From positions 16,231-80,230 of the forward strand of contig JANOTL010000132.1 of assembly GCA_031416315.1 (NCBI GenBank): DNA of 64,000 bases, read 5' to 3'. Source of the DNA: Pseudomonadota bacterium. Lineage in GTDB: Bacteria; Bdellovibrionota_B; Oligoflexia; Oligoflexales; CAIYRB01. Positions 45,686 through 55,382 of this stretch are shown here, piece after piece; the stretch's first letter is position 1, and each line of letters opens with the position of its first letter. The notes beneath the pieces are model-generated. The model searched no databases. It was not told the origin of the DNA and saw only the letters and a list, made by a program, of their open reading frames with translations. A program made the translations under genes and the position numbers.

Positions 45686-46539
45686 TCGAATTCGAGGTTG
45701 TCTATGAGGCGCGTCGCCCCCACGCGGCCCGCGACGAGCATCACGGCCGGCGCGTCGTTCGTCGCCGCGAACGGCGTGAGATCGGCTTGGCGCCGGACTT
45801 CGACGTAGTCCATCTTCAGCTCGGCTCCGCTGCCGACCATCGTGCGGAAGGCGACCATGGCCGTTTCGACCGTGGCCTTGTCCTTGGCGGCTTTAACGGC
45901 GCTTCTGGCTGCGAACAGGCCCTGAGAGAGGCGCAAGCCGATTTTGCGCTCGTCGGCGGAGAGGTAGCGGTTGCGGCTCGACATAGCGAGCCCGTCTTCT
46001 TCACGGATAGTGTCGTGACCCAGCACTTCGACGCGGAGGGCGAGGTCGTGGGCCATCGCCATGATGAGGCGCCACTGTTGGTAGTCTTTCTTGCCGAAGA
46101 TGGCGGCATGGGGACGGACCAGGTTGAACAGTTTCAGGACCACCGTTAGCACGCCGTCGAAGTGTCCGGGCCGCGATGCACCGTCGAGGTCGTTCGCCAT
46201 GCCACGGTTGGTGACGTACGTCTGAAAGCCCTTCGGGTACATCGACGTCGCGTTCGGCAGGAAGACCGCGTCGGCGCCGAGCGGCGACAGCAGCTCGAGG
46301 TCGGACTTCAGCGTGCGCGGATACTTCTCGAAGTCCTCGTTCGGCCCGAATTGAATCGGGTTGACGAAGATCGAGACGACGACGCGGTCGGCCAATGTCT
46401 TGGCGCGCTCGACCAAGGCGAGGTGCCCTTGATGCAAGGCGCCCATCGTCGGCACGAAAGCCACACGGGCGCCGTCATGCTCCCACTCGTCGCGGAGCGC
46501 GCTCATGTCCGAAGGGGACAGAATGGTTTTCGGTTCCAT
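45682..46539 (-). CDS. panC: Pantoate-beta-alanine ligase
   Basis: PTMGALHQGH, FVNPIQF, RPGHFDGV, GKKDYQQ, MSSRN, RLIDN. Confidence 0.97.
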   Translation of the reverse strand: MEPKTILSPSDMSALRDEWEHDGARVAFVPTMGALHQGHLALVERAKTLADRVVVSIFVNPIQFGPNEDFEKYPRTLKSDLELLSPLGADAVFLPNATSMYPKGFQTYVTNRGMANDLDGASRPGHFDGVLTVVLKLFNLVRPHAAIFGKKDYQQWRLIMAMAHDLALRVEVLGHDTIREEDGLAMSSRNRYLSADERKIGLRLSQGLFAARSAVKAAKDKATVETAMVAFRTMVGSGAELKMDYVEVRRQADLTPFAATNDAPAVMLVAGRVGATRLIDNLEFE

Positions 46540-46906
46540 GAGGGAAGGATGCCCCGTCTAGCGATGGAGCTTATCCATACCGAATTACCGCGGGGGATTC
46601 AAAACGGAAGGGAGCCTGGGGTGGGGAAGCAGAAACTTTTTTGGGGTTCGCTGGTTAGGAGATCTCGAACCGCCCTCATGGCGATCCGGCCCGTCTAGGG
46701 CCCGCACACTTGAGATCGGCTGGGCCGACGCTCATCCATCTCCGTAGGGACTCGAATCCAAGCCCCGTCCTGCTTGCCCTGCAAGGCCTCGCGACCTTCA
46801 TGGCTAGAATCGGAGCCGCGCGAGGAATCTTTAGAGCCGAGGGCTCGACGAAGGGAAAGCGGCGAGAACCGGACCCGGGCAAGCGCCCGTCGAGCCGACC
46901 TTTCGC

Positions 46907-48310
46907 TCACATCTTTTGATCTTTGGCCTGGGCAGGGTCCCGGGCGCTCAAGCTTGACTTTCCGGGGGACCCGGCCGGTAGGGGCTCGGGCGAACCAGTC
47001 CGGAATGACAAGCGACGCACGCGGCCGGCGGCGCCGAGGTCGCCGAGGGGGCGGCCGTTGAAGCTGACTTTGACGGCGCCCGCATCGAGGACGAGGAGGT
47101 CAGCCCGCTCAGTGAAGCTGAAAACGTGGGTCTCTGCGGTCAGCTCGCGCTCGGTCGCGTTGGCAGTATCGAGGGCGAGGCGAATGCGTGTGGCCTTCGT
47201 GGCGGTGATCTCGAGTTTGCCTTCGGCGGCGCCGACGGCTGGAGCTGCGGTCGCGGCAGCCTCGGGCGCTGCGGAGGACGCGACAGGGACGGGAGTCGGA
47301 ATGGCGGAGGCGGCTTTCTCAGCTTCGAGCTTCGCGGCGGCGACTTTCTCGGCTTCGAGCTTCGCGGCGGTGCCTTTCTCGGCTTCGAGCTTCGCGGCGG
47401 CGACGTCCTCGGCTTCGAGCTTCGCGGCGACGTCCTCGGCTTCGAGCTTCGCGGCGGCGCCTTTCTCGGCTTCGAGCTTCGCCGCCTCGGCTGGCGCCGT
47501 CTCGTCCACGACGGGTATTTGCGTCACTTCCGTGACCTGAACCTCGGAAGGCACCGCACCTGGTGCCGCCTGCGGCACGACCGCGTGCGTCTCCGCGGGC
47601 ACTCTTCCCGCGGCTTCCGCGGCCGCGATCCGCGCCGCTTCGACCGGGTCGTCCTCGACGGAGTCAGCCGGCACGATCACCGGCGACGTCGCCGGCGGCG
47701 CGATGCGCGCTGCGGGACCTGCGACCGTCGTGACGGTTCCGCGTTGCTGCTGCTTGTCCCATGCCCAGCGCGCGCCGAGCGCGACCGCGCCGACCACGAT
47801 CAAAGCACCCATCATGCGGTAGACACCGCTGAGCGTGCTGTCCTCTCGTGTGCGGCTCAATCCGGCCGTCGTTCCGCCCGAGCCGTCGTTGTCCGCGGTC
47901 GCTGCGGAGGCGCCCGGAGCGGGAGCACGCGCCCTCTTCTTCTGCTTTGCCGCAGCGGCCGACGCCGACGCGATGGCAGCCGCAGCGGCCTGAACCGTAG
48001 CCGCATCCATCGGCTGCTCACGCGCGGGATGCTTGGCCCAGCACCCGGCCAGCTCGGCGACGAGCGCCTCCGGGTCTGAATCCAATTCTTTCGCCAGGCT
48101 GCGCACGAAGCCGCGGACGAAAATTTCGCCAGGAAGGTGATCGAAGTCGCCCGCTTCCAACGCCAAGAGCAAGGTCGTGCGAATGCGCGTCGACTGCGCC
48201 AAAGACTCGTGCGTCGCGCCCTGCCTCAGGCGGAGCTCTTTGAGCTTTTCGCCGAAAGCGCGCCGATCGGCGGCAAGTTTGGTAGAATCGAGGGGATCCC
48301 TCTCCATCAC
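46907..48310 (-). CDS. rodZ: RodZ-like protein (HTH - TM - DUF4115)
   Basis: GEKLKELR...ALEAGDFDHLPGEIFVRGFVR; TM; C-terminal DAGAVKVSFNGRPLG. Confidence 0.82.
   Translation of the reverse strand: MMERDPLDSTKLAADRRAFGEKLKELRLRQGATHESLAQSTRIRTTLLLALEAGDFDHLPGEIFVRGFVRSLAKELDSDPEALVAELAGCWAKHPAREQPMDAATVQAAAAAIASASAAAAKQKKRARAPAPGASAATADNDGSGGTTAGLSRTREDSTLSGVYRMMGALIVVGAVALGARWAWDKQQQRGTVTTVAGPAARIAPPATSPVIVPADSVEDDPVEAARIAAAEAAGRVPAETHAVVPQAAPGAVPSEVQVTEVTQIPVVDETAPAEAAKLEAEKGAAAKLEAEDVAAKLEAEDVAAAKLEAEKGTAAKLEAEKVAAAKLEAEKAASAIPTPVPVASSAAPEAAATAAPAVGAAEGKLEITATKATRIRLALDTANATERELTAETHVFSFTERADLLVLDAGAVKVSFNGRPLGDLGAAGRVRRLSFRTGSPEPLPAGSPGKSSLSARDPAQAKDQKM
47315..47485 (-). repeat. 27-30-bp tandem repeat x6 (encodes AAKLEAE[K/D]xx)
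   Basis: CTCGGCTTCGAGCTTCGC core repeated six times on + strand. Confidence 0.93.
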
Positions 48311-48338
48311 AGATCCTTAGGCCGCGCGAGGTTTTCCG

Positions 48339-49172
48339 ATGCGCATGCCAATAAAATTGGCCAGTTCTCTTCGGATCTTGCTAGTTCTCGTCAGTCTATC
48401 GACGGGACTCCTGTCCTGTCAAACGATAGGGCAAGGGGACGGCACGGCGGCGTCCGAGAAACAAAAACAGGTCCTAGAGTCCCAACGTCAGCTCGTACGC
48501 TCGGCGCTCGACAAGGGCAAGCCCGAAGAAGCCCTGAAATCCTTACGGGACTTGCTGCGTGAGCATCCCGAGGACGGCCAGCTGCAGAACCTCATGGGGC
48601 TCACTCAGCTCGCCCTGAAGAACCCCGATCGCGCCATCCGCCACCTGCTCAAGGCCTACAAGATCGAGCACAAGGTCGCGGTCGCCCTCAATCTCACGTC
48701 CGCCTATATCGAGAACGGCGATTTCGAGAAGGCACAGGCTCTCTTGAAGGCCATGGTGAAGCAGGCCGACAAAGAGAAATATCAGTATAAAGAGCGCATC
48801 TATCACAACCTAGGCTACGTCCACGTTCGTCTGAATCAGCAGACCACCGCGGCGAACTGGTTCAAGGAAGCGCTCGACGAGAACCCAACTTTCTTCCCCT
48901 CCTATCTCGAGCTGGCGCGCATCTACGAGAAGATGAAACGTCCCGCGATGGCTGCGAAAACTTACCGCCAGTCGCTCGAGTACTGCGGCGTATGCTTCGA
49001 GCCGGTCTACTCGCTCACAATGCTCTACGTGAACATGAAGAAGTTCGCGGACGCCCGTCTCGTCCTCCACAACTTCAGCAAGAACGAAGGCGTGGCCCCC
49101 AATGACCGGGCCGCCGCCGTCAAACTGATGAAGCTCGTCGACAGCGGCGCCCGGGACCAGCGCAAGGGCTAA
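48339..49172 (+). CDS. TPR lipoprotein, Tgl/PilF/PilW-like (type IV pilus secretin pilotin family)
   Basis: LLSC lipobox; multiple TPRs; adjacent to rodZ; CGVC. Confidence 0.7.
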   Translation: MRMPIKLASSLRILLVLVSLSTGLLSCQTIGQGDGTAASEKQKQVLESQRQLVRSALDKGKPEEALKSLRDLLREHPEDGQLQNLMGLTQLALKNPDRAIRHLLKAYKIEHKVAVALNLTSAYIENGDFEKAQALLKAMVKQADKEKYQYKERIYHNLGYVHVRLNQQTTAANWFKEALDENPTFFPSYLELARIYEKMKRPAMAAKTYRQSLEYCGVCFEPVYSLTMLYVNMKKFADARLVLHNFSKNEGVAPNDRAAAVKLMKLVDSGARDQRKG

Positions 49173-49251
49173 GCTCCGATCCCGCTGGCGCACGACCCGC
49201 AGACCGCGATAACGTTCGGGAATCCGTAGAACCTGAACGCGAGGTCGATCC

Positions 49252-50784
49252 GTGCGTCCGCTTTCCCTCCTCCGCGCTGCTTCCGCGTGCGCGCTGCTCG
49301 CCTTCGCCGCCGTCCCGGCCCAGGCCCCGGCCCAGGGCCAAAGAGATCCGAACAACAATCTCCCGCAGATCGACACGCGCTATCAGCCGCTCGAGACGCT
49401 GGCCCGCGGCCTCTTCTTTCTCGAGACGATGTACGTCGACGAAGGGAAGGTGAAGCCCGACGACCTCGCGACGAACGCGCTCAAAGGCGTGATCGAGAAG
49501 CTCGACCCGCACACGGTCCTCATGCCAAAGAAGGCGTTCGAGCAGCTGACGATCGACACGCAGGGCAAGTTCGGCGGCGTCGGCATCATCGTCTCGACGG
49601 AGAAGGACAAGGACGGCAAAGAGAAGCTGATCGTCGTCTCGCCGATCGAGGACACGCCGGCCTACACGGCGGGCGTCAAATCCGGCGACGAGATCATCGC
49701 GATCGACGGCGCCGTCATCAAGAAGATGAAGGGCAACGACGCGGTCGACAACATGCGCGGCGAGCCGGGCTCCGTCCTGAAGCTCACCGTGCGACGCGAG
49801 GGGGTCAAGGACCCGATCGACTTCGAGCTGACGCGCGAGATCATCAAGGTCAAGTCGGTCAAAGGCTTGAAGCTGAGCGACGACGTCCTCTATTCGCGCA
49901 TCGCCTCGTTCCAAGAGAACACGGGCGAGGAGCTCGAAGAGGTGCTGAAGACGAACCAAGGCAAGATCAAAGGCATGGTCTTAGACCTCCGCGATAATCC
50001 AGGCGGCCTCCTCGATCAGGCCGTCCGCGTCTCAGACCTCTTCGTCGACAGCGGCGTCATCGTTTCCACGGTCGGCCGCGACCGCACTCGGGTCGAGCGC
50101 GAGTTCGCCAACAAGCGCGGCACGTTCAACGGCTTTCCGGTCGTCGTCTTGATCAACGGCGGCTCTGCCTCGGCTTCGGAGATCGTCGCCGGGGCTCTGC
50201 AGGACCACGAGCGCGCGCTGGTCATGGGCACCACGAGCTTCGGCAAGGGCTCGGTCCAGACCCTCGTCTCGCTCCCCGACGGCTCGGGCTTGAAGCTCAC
50301 CGTCGCGCGCTACTACACGCCCAAGGACCGCTCGATCCAGGCGAAAGGCATCACGCCCGACATCGTCGTCGTCGCCCGCGGCGGCAAGCACGCGAAAAAC
50401 GCCAAGGCGCCGAAGAAGGACGTCCCCAAGGCGGAGCCGAAAAAGGGCGGCGAGGAGGACGACGAGGAGATGCGCAAGGAATCCGACCTCGCCGGCCACT
50501 TGATGAGCGACGACCTGAGCGACCTCGCGAAGGACTCGGAGATCGCCAAGGCCGTCAAAGGCTGGAACAAGGACATGCAGGAAGACAATCAACTCGTCAC
50601 CGCCTACACGTACCTCAAGAGCTACGCCCGCTTTGCCGCCCGCGGTGCCCCTGGCGTCGGCGGCGAAGAGAAGCTGCCTCCGAAGGTGATCGATACGACG
50701 GGCAAAAAGCCGCCGCCGACCGACAAAGACGGCGGCGAGAAAAAAGACGAAGACGCAGAGAAGCCCGAAGGAGCCGGCGACTGA
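49252..50784 (+). CDS. ctpA: S41 C-terminal processing protease
   Basis: LDPHT, FGGVGI (PDZ), LDLRDNPGG, SASASEI, FGKGSVQ, GITPD. Confidence 0.93.
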   Translation: MRPLSLLRAASACALLAFAAVPAQAPAQGQRDPNNNLPQIDTRYQPLETLARGLFFLETMYVDEGKVKPDDLATNALKGVIEKLDPHTVLMPKKAFEQLTIDTQGKFGGVGIIVSTEKDKDGKEKLIVVSPIEDTPAYTAGVKSGDEIIAIDGAVIKKMKGNDAVDNMRGEPGSVLKLTVRREGVKDPIDFELTREIIKVKSVKGLKLSDDVLYSRIASFQENTGEELEEVLKTNQGKIKGMVLDLRDNPGGLLDQAVRVSDLFVDSGVIVSTVGRDRTRVEREFANKRGTFNGFPVVVLINGGSASASEIVAGALQDHERALVMGTTSFGKGSVQTLVSLPDGSGLKLTVARYYTPKDRSIQAKGITPDIVVVARGGKHAKNAKAPKKDVPKAEPKKGGEEDDEEMRKESDLAGHLMSDDLSDLAKDSEIAKAVKGWNKDMQEDNQLVTAYTYLKSYARFAARGAPGVGGEEKLPPKVIDTTGKKPPPTDKDGGEKKDEDAEKPEGAGD

Positions 50785-53375
50785 GCAGCTACCGGGAAAT
50801 CGGCAGCGTCCAAAAGCCCTACCAGTACGTCGGTCACGAACAGAACGCCTACCGCAAGGACTTCGAGTCGCAGCGCCTGCGCCTCTGCCTCGCCTTCCCC
50901 GACGCCTACGAGGTGGGGATGTCGAACGTCGGCATGCAGATTCTCTATCACGTGGTCAACGAGCGTGAAGGGTATTTGGCCGACCGCGTCTACGCGCCGC
51001 TCGTCGACATGGCCGCGCTCCTGCGGCGCACCGACCAGCGTCTCTTGTCGCGCGAGTCGTCGCGGCCTCTGAGCGCGTTCGACCTCATCGGCTTCACGCT
51101 ACAGTACGAGCTCTGCTACACGAACGTCCTCTACATGCTGGACCTCGGCGGAGTCCCCCGCCGCGCTGCGCAGCGTGGCGAGGAAGATCCTTTCGTGATG
51201 GCCGGCGGCCCCTGCGCTTTCAATCCAGAGCCGATGGCTCCTTTCCTCGACTTCGTCGTCATCGGCGAGGGCGAAGAGGTCATCCTCGAGCTCATGGCAT
51301 CGCTGGAGCGCTCGAAAGCCGAGAAGCACAGCCGTGCCGAAACCTTGAAGAGGCTGGAGCGCGAGGTCCAGGGAATCTACGTCCCCGCGCATTTCGCGCC
51401 ACGCCATAGAGACGACGACGGCGCCTTCGTCGAGCTCGAGCCGGTCGCCGACGCACCCCGTTGGGTCGAGCGCCGCATCGTCAGGGACCTGGACAAGGTT
51501 CCGTACCCCAAAAAGCCGGTGACGCCCGCCATCACGCCGGTTCACGAGCGCGTCTCAGTAGAGATCCAGCGCGGCTGCACGCGCAGCTGTCGCTTCTGCC
51601 AAGCCGGGTACGTGTACCGACCGCGCCGCGAGCGGGACCCGAATCAAATCCTCGACACCATCGACCAGAGCCTCGAGGCGACCGGCATGTCCGAGGTCGG
51701 GATGCTCTCCCTCTCGTCCGCCGATTACAGTCAGCTGCGCCCGCTCATGACGGAAGTCATGCGACGCTACAAGGATCGCCATCTTGGCATCTCGCTGCCG
51801 TCGACGCGTCTCGAAGCGCTCGACGAATCTTACCTCGAAGTCCTGAAAGAAGAGCGGCGCTCCGGATTCACGATCGCGCCCGAGGCCGGATCGCAGCGCT
51901 TGCGCAACGTCATCAATAAGAACTTCACCGAGGACGAGGTCGTCCAGACCGCGCGGATGCTCTTCCGCAACGGCTGGCCCGCGGTGAAGATGTATTTCAT
52001 GATCGGCCAGCCGACGGAGACCGACGCGGACGTCATCGCCATCGCCGAGCTCGCCAACGCGGTGATCCGCAAGACATCCGACATCGCCGGCCGAAAATCG
52101 GTGACCGTCTCGGTGTCGAACTTCGTGCCCAAGCCGCACACGCCCTTCCAGTGGCACGAGCAAATCAAGCCTGACGAGATCCTGCGCAAGCAGAAGCTCA
52201 TCCGAGAGCACATTGCCTATCGCGACAAGATTCAGTTCCGCTGTCACAACGCGGACAACTCCTTCGTCGAAGGGCTCGTCGCGCGGGGAGGGCGACGGGC
52301 CGCCGATCTCATCGAGCGCGCCTACGACCTGGGCGCAGTCTTCGATTGTTGGCAGGACAAACTCGACGTCTCGATTTGGAAGCGAGCCGTCGACGCGCTG
52401 CGCGAAGAGACTGGTCATGACGCCGCCGAAGAAGGGTTGCGCGGTCGCAGCCTGGAAGAGCGCCTGCCCTGGCATCGCATCCACTGCGGTATTCATCCGA
52501 AGTTCTTCAAAAACGAGTACCTCAAGGCAATCTACGGCATTGCGACCGAAGACTGTTCCTTCTCGGCGTGTCACGAATGCGGCCTATGCAGTGATCGCAA
52601 CGGCATTGCGCCCGTCGTGTTTCAGAGCGAGGTGGACATTCCTCCTCGCCTCATGCCGAAGGCTCCCGAGGTCGCGCCCGTCGCTCGCAGTTTCCGCTTT
52701 CAATACAAGAAATTGGAAGCCGGCGTCTACGTTACCGTCCTGGATCTACAGCAGCTCTTCATCCGGGCGTTCACCCGCGCCGGCTTGCATTTGGCCTACG
52801 ATGCTGGCATTCGGCCGCGTCCGAAGCTCGCGATGGGGCCGGCCTTGCCGCTCGGCGTCGCGAGCACGTGCGAGCTCTTCGACCTCGAGATCTTCACCGA
52901 GCTCGAGGCGCCCGAGATCCTCGCGCGGACGAACAAGTATCTGCCCGAGCACCTCTCACTGATGACCGGCGCGGCTCTGCAGAAAGGCGACCCGGCGCTG
53001 CCCAAGCTGATCCGAGCCGTGAGCTTTCGCGTCACGAGCGAAGACCTCACCGCAGCGGGCTATGATGCGACGCTCCTCGAAATGAGGGTGGCAGAGATGC
53101 AGGCGGCGCCAAAGCTCATCGTCTCTCGCGTGCGCAAGTCACGCGACGGCGACGAGCGCGAATCGGTCGTCGACTTGAAGGACAGCCTCGAAGCGCTGCG
53201 TGCCGATGGCGAAGGTCTGGCGTTCACGCTTTACGCGCCGGGCGGCCAGGCGGTGAATCCGTTCTTGGTTCTAGACGCGGTCGTGCTCGACGCCACGGTC
53301 AAGACCACCGCGATTCCGCTGAAAAAGACCGGCTTCACGCCGACCGCTACTTCTTCCCGCCCAGCTTCAGGCTAA
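50781..53375 (+). CDS. TIGR03960 B12-binding radical SAM protein with C-terminal TIGR03936/DUF2344 domain; probable CTG start
   Basis: VQKPYQYVGHEQN...FPDAYEVGMSN upstream of the track start; RGCTRSCRFCQAG; PKPHTPFQW; PALPLG. Confidence 0.9.
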   Translation: MSSYREIGSVQKPYQYVGHEQNAYRKDFESQRLRLCLAFPDAYEVGMSNVGMQILYHVVNEREGYLADRVYAPLVDMAALLRRTDQRLLSRESSRPLSAFDLIGFTLQYELCYTNVLYMLDLGGVPRRAAQRGEEDPFVMAGGPCAFNPEPMAPFLDFVVIGEGEEVILELMASLERSKAEKHSRAETLKRLEREVQGIYVPAHFAPRHRDDDGAFVELEPVADAPRWVERRIVRDLDKVPYPKKPVTPAITPVHERVSVEIQRGCTRSCRFCQAGYVYRPRRERDPNQILDTIDQSLEATGMSEVGMLSLSSADYSQLRPLMTEVMRRYKDRHLGISLPSTRLEALDESYLEVLKEERRSGFTIAPEAGSQRLRNVINKNFTEDEVVQTARMLFRNGWPAVKMYFMIGQPTETDADVIAIAELANAVIRKTSDIAGRKSVTVSVSNFVPKPHTPFQWHEQIKPDEILRKQKLIREHIAYRDKIQFRCHNADNSFVEGLVARGGRRAADLIERAYDLGAVFDCWQDKLDVSIWKRAVDALREETGHDAAEEGLRGRSLEERLPWHRIHCGIHPKFFKNEYLKAIYGIATEDCSFSACHECGLCSDRNGIAPVVFQSEVDIPPRLMPKAPEVAPVARSFRFQYKKLEAGVYVTVLDLQQLFIRAFTRAGLHLAYDAGIRPRPKLAMGPALPLGVASTCELFDLEIFTELEAPEILARTNKYLPEHLSLMTGAALQKGDPALPKLIRAVSFRVTSEDLTAAGYDATLLEMRVAEMQAAPKLIVSRVRKSRDGDERESVVDLKDSLEALRADGEGLAFTLYAPGGQAVNPFLVLDAVVLDATVKTTAIPLKKTGFTPTATSSRPASG

Positions 53376-53928
53376 TGCCGCCCATGAGGCCCCAACCTGC
53401 GGTCGCGTCGCGCTCTTCGCCGACGATCGCGGTGTCAGCGTGCTTCACTTCGCGGATTTGCAGCTCGCGCTCGACCCGCTCGATCGAGGCGGTCCAGTAG
53501 AAAGCGCCAGAGATCGGGCCTTCGAGACGCAGAGCGCGCGAGCCGATGCGGAACTCTTCATACACTGCGTCGTCGTAGCGACGTGCTTCTCTGCCGTAGA
53601 TGGCGAAGTCATAGCCTACGGCGTAGCCCTTCAACGAAGACGGCATCACCATAAAGCCGACCTTGCAGACATCCAGCGTCGAGGCGCCGTCTTTGTCGTT
53701 GAGCGCGGCATCGTAAGCCGCGCCGCGCGAGCAGCCAATGCGCAGGTCGATGACGTCGACCGGCGCGATCCCTAGGGAGCCGCCCAGGCGGCCGTTCTCG
53801 ATGGTGCGCGAGGAGCCGAGCGCGTCTGCGGCGGTCGAGGTAAAGCCGAGCTCTAAACCTAATCGCAGGTCGATGGCTTGCGCCGTGCCGGCGCCGAAGA
53901 AGATCGCGAGGAGGGCGAGCTTTCTCAT
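53347..53928 (-). CDS. Hypothetical exported beta-barrel-like protein
   Basis: MRKLALLAIFFGAGTAQA signal; amphipathic strands; ATGA overlap with upstream gene. Confidence 0.65.
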   Translation of the reverse strand: MRKLALLAIFFGAGTAQAIDLRLGLELGFTSTAADALGSSRTIENGRLGGSLGIAPVDVIDLRIGCSRGAAYDAALNDKDGASTLDVCKVGFMVMPSSLKGYAVGYDFAIYGREARRYDDAVYEEFRIGSRALRLEGPISGAFYWTASIERVERELQIREVKHADTAIVGEERDATAGWGLMGGISLKLGGKK

Positions 53929-55232
53929 AGGTCCACCTTCACGACGACCGGCGTTGAAACCGTGGCGTCGACGAAGGCGGCGAAGCCCCCGGGTGCGCCT
54001 TGCTGGACGCCGTGAGCCGCGCCGCTCCACGTTCCGGGGATGCTGAAATTGACCGACGCGCCCCAGTTGCAGGCGGCGGGATAGCTATCTAAGGGAACCG
54101 CCGTCCCCGAGCCGAGCGAGAGCGCATAGGCGTCGCAGTACGCGATCGGCAAAGTCGAGGCGACCTGCCCGTCGCTGCCCTGGTAGATGATGTTGAAATA
54201 GCCCGGCGCGGCGGAGGCGGCCGAGTGGCAAGTGCGGAAGACTTCCTCGAGGCGCGAGAGGCGCGGGGCGTTGGTGCTGCCGAGACCTTCCGGAGTCGGG
54301 AGCTGGCGGCCTTGCCACGCGCCGACGCCCGTCTTCACGACGATGCGCAGAGTTTGCGTCTTGACGTTGACGCCCGAGAGCATCCACTGCAGCTCTTCGG
54401 TGACGACGGTCTCGTCAAGGCCGCGATCGGTGACGGTCGCCACGACCGTGCCGTCGGGAAAGCGCATCGAGGGGCTCGTGGCGAGCACGCCCGCGTCGAT
54501 CTGCGCGAAGAGCGCCTGCGCTCCACCCGAGTTCGGCGAGTACACCAGGCAGCCCATGGGGACGACTTCGGCGAGGTAGTGATTGGCGCGGTAGCTGCGG
54601 TGACGCGCGAGCTCTGGTCCAGCCCGATCGACGCGGCCCACCCATGGAAAGGAGGCGCTGCTGGAGACGATCGCAGGCAAGCTGCTCGGGGCCGCGAGGA
54701 TGTAGTCGCGGTCGAGGAGCAGGTCGGGCGAGGTCACGCGGAAGGCGCGATTGACGCCTGTACCGAGGGCGGCGTTTCCAGACTCCGTGACCAGCGTGCC
54801 GGCTGGGCGCGCGCGATCGAAAAGCCAGCCATCGGCGTCGACGGCGTAGCCTTTGCCGCCGTTGTCGAAGCGCACGTAACTTGTGACGCCGACGCCTTCG
54901 ATCTCGTACCACACGTCGAAGACGACGCTGTCGGTCTTGTCGAGGTCACCGGGGGAAAAGTTGGGCGGATTCGTCTGAAAAGCTCGGAAGCGGAGGACCG
55001 TCAATCCCTCACTCACGACCTCGTTGCTGGCGACGTCGAAGAGAAGGGTCGCGCTGGAGTCGCGGGCGTCGCCGTTGGGCGTGCCGCCGACGGGCGTGAC
55101 CTGGGTCGACTGATACGCTTCGTCACGCGCGTCCTCGTCGCTCTCTTCTTCTTCGAAGCGCGCGCAGCCCGTGATCATGGCGGTCGCCACAAGAGCGTAA
55201 ACGATGGAAGGTTTTCGGGAGACGAAGGACAC
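53925..55232 (-). CDS. Hypothetical lipoprotein (435 aa)
   Basis: ITGC lipobox followed by an acidic tract. Confidence 0.72.
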   Translation of the reverse strand: MSFVSRKPSIVYALVATAMITGCARFEEEESDEDARDEAYQSTQVTPVGGTPNGDARDSSATLLFDVASNEVVSEGLTVLRFRAFQTNPPNFSPGDLDKTDSVVFDVWYEIEGVGVTSYVRFDNGGKGYAVDADGWLFDRARPAGTLVTESGNAALGTGVNRAFRVTSPDLLLDRDYILAAPSSLPAIVSSSASFPWVGRVDRAGPELARHRSYRANHYLAEVVPMGCLVYSPNSGGAQALFAQIDAGVLATSPSMRFPDGTVVATVTDRGLDETVVTEELQWMLSGVNVKTQTLRIVVKTGVGAWQGRQLPTPEGLGSTNAPRLSRLEEVFRTCHSAASAAPGYFNIIYQGSDGQVASTLPIAYCDAYALSLGSGTAVPLDSYPAACNWGASVNFSIPGTWSGAAHGVQQGAPGGFAAFVDATVSTPVVVKVDL

Positions 55233-55382
55233 TGTGCCGTACCTCCAAAGGTCCTAGGCAGGTTTTCGTCGCATTTGAGGCGGGCCTTAGGAAAATCTGC
55301 AAAGGATCGTGTAAGACCCCGAAAGAAATGCGGTCGTCGGATGAATTTCAAGGCCTTCGCCCCGAACTCCGAAGTTTTGGTC

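Noticed and set aside
46695..46910. 71-aa ORF overlapping the rodZ stop
   Set aside because: Ser/Arg-rich, atypical codon usage, no recognisable features
13036..47485. Tandem repeats (13036, 27989, 47315) as possible CRISPR arrays
   Set aside because: No unique spacers, unit lengths are multiples of 3 inside coding regions, and no cas genes
54225..55382. N-terminal half of the 685-aa track ORF
   Set aside because: Antisense to the 53925-55232 lipoprotein; the real gene begins at the signal peptide at 55383
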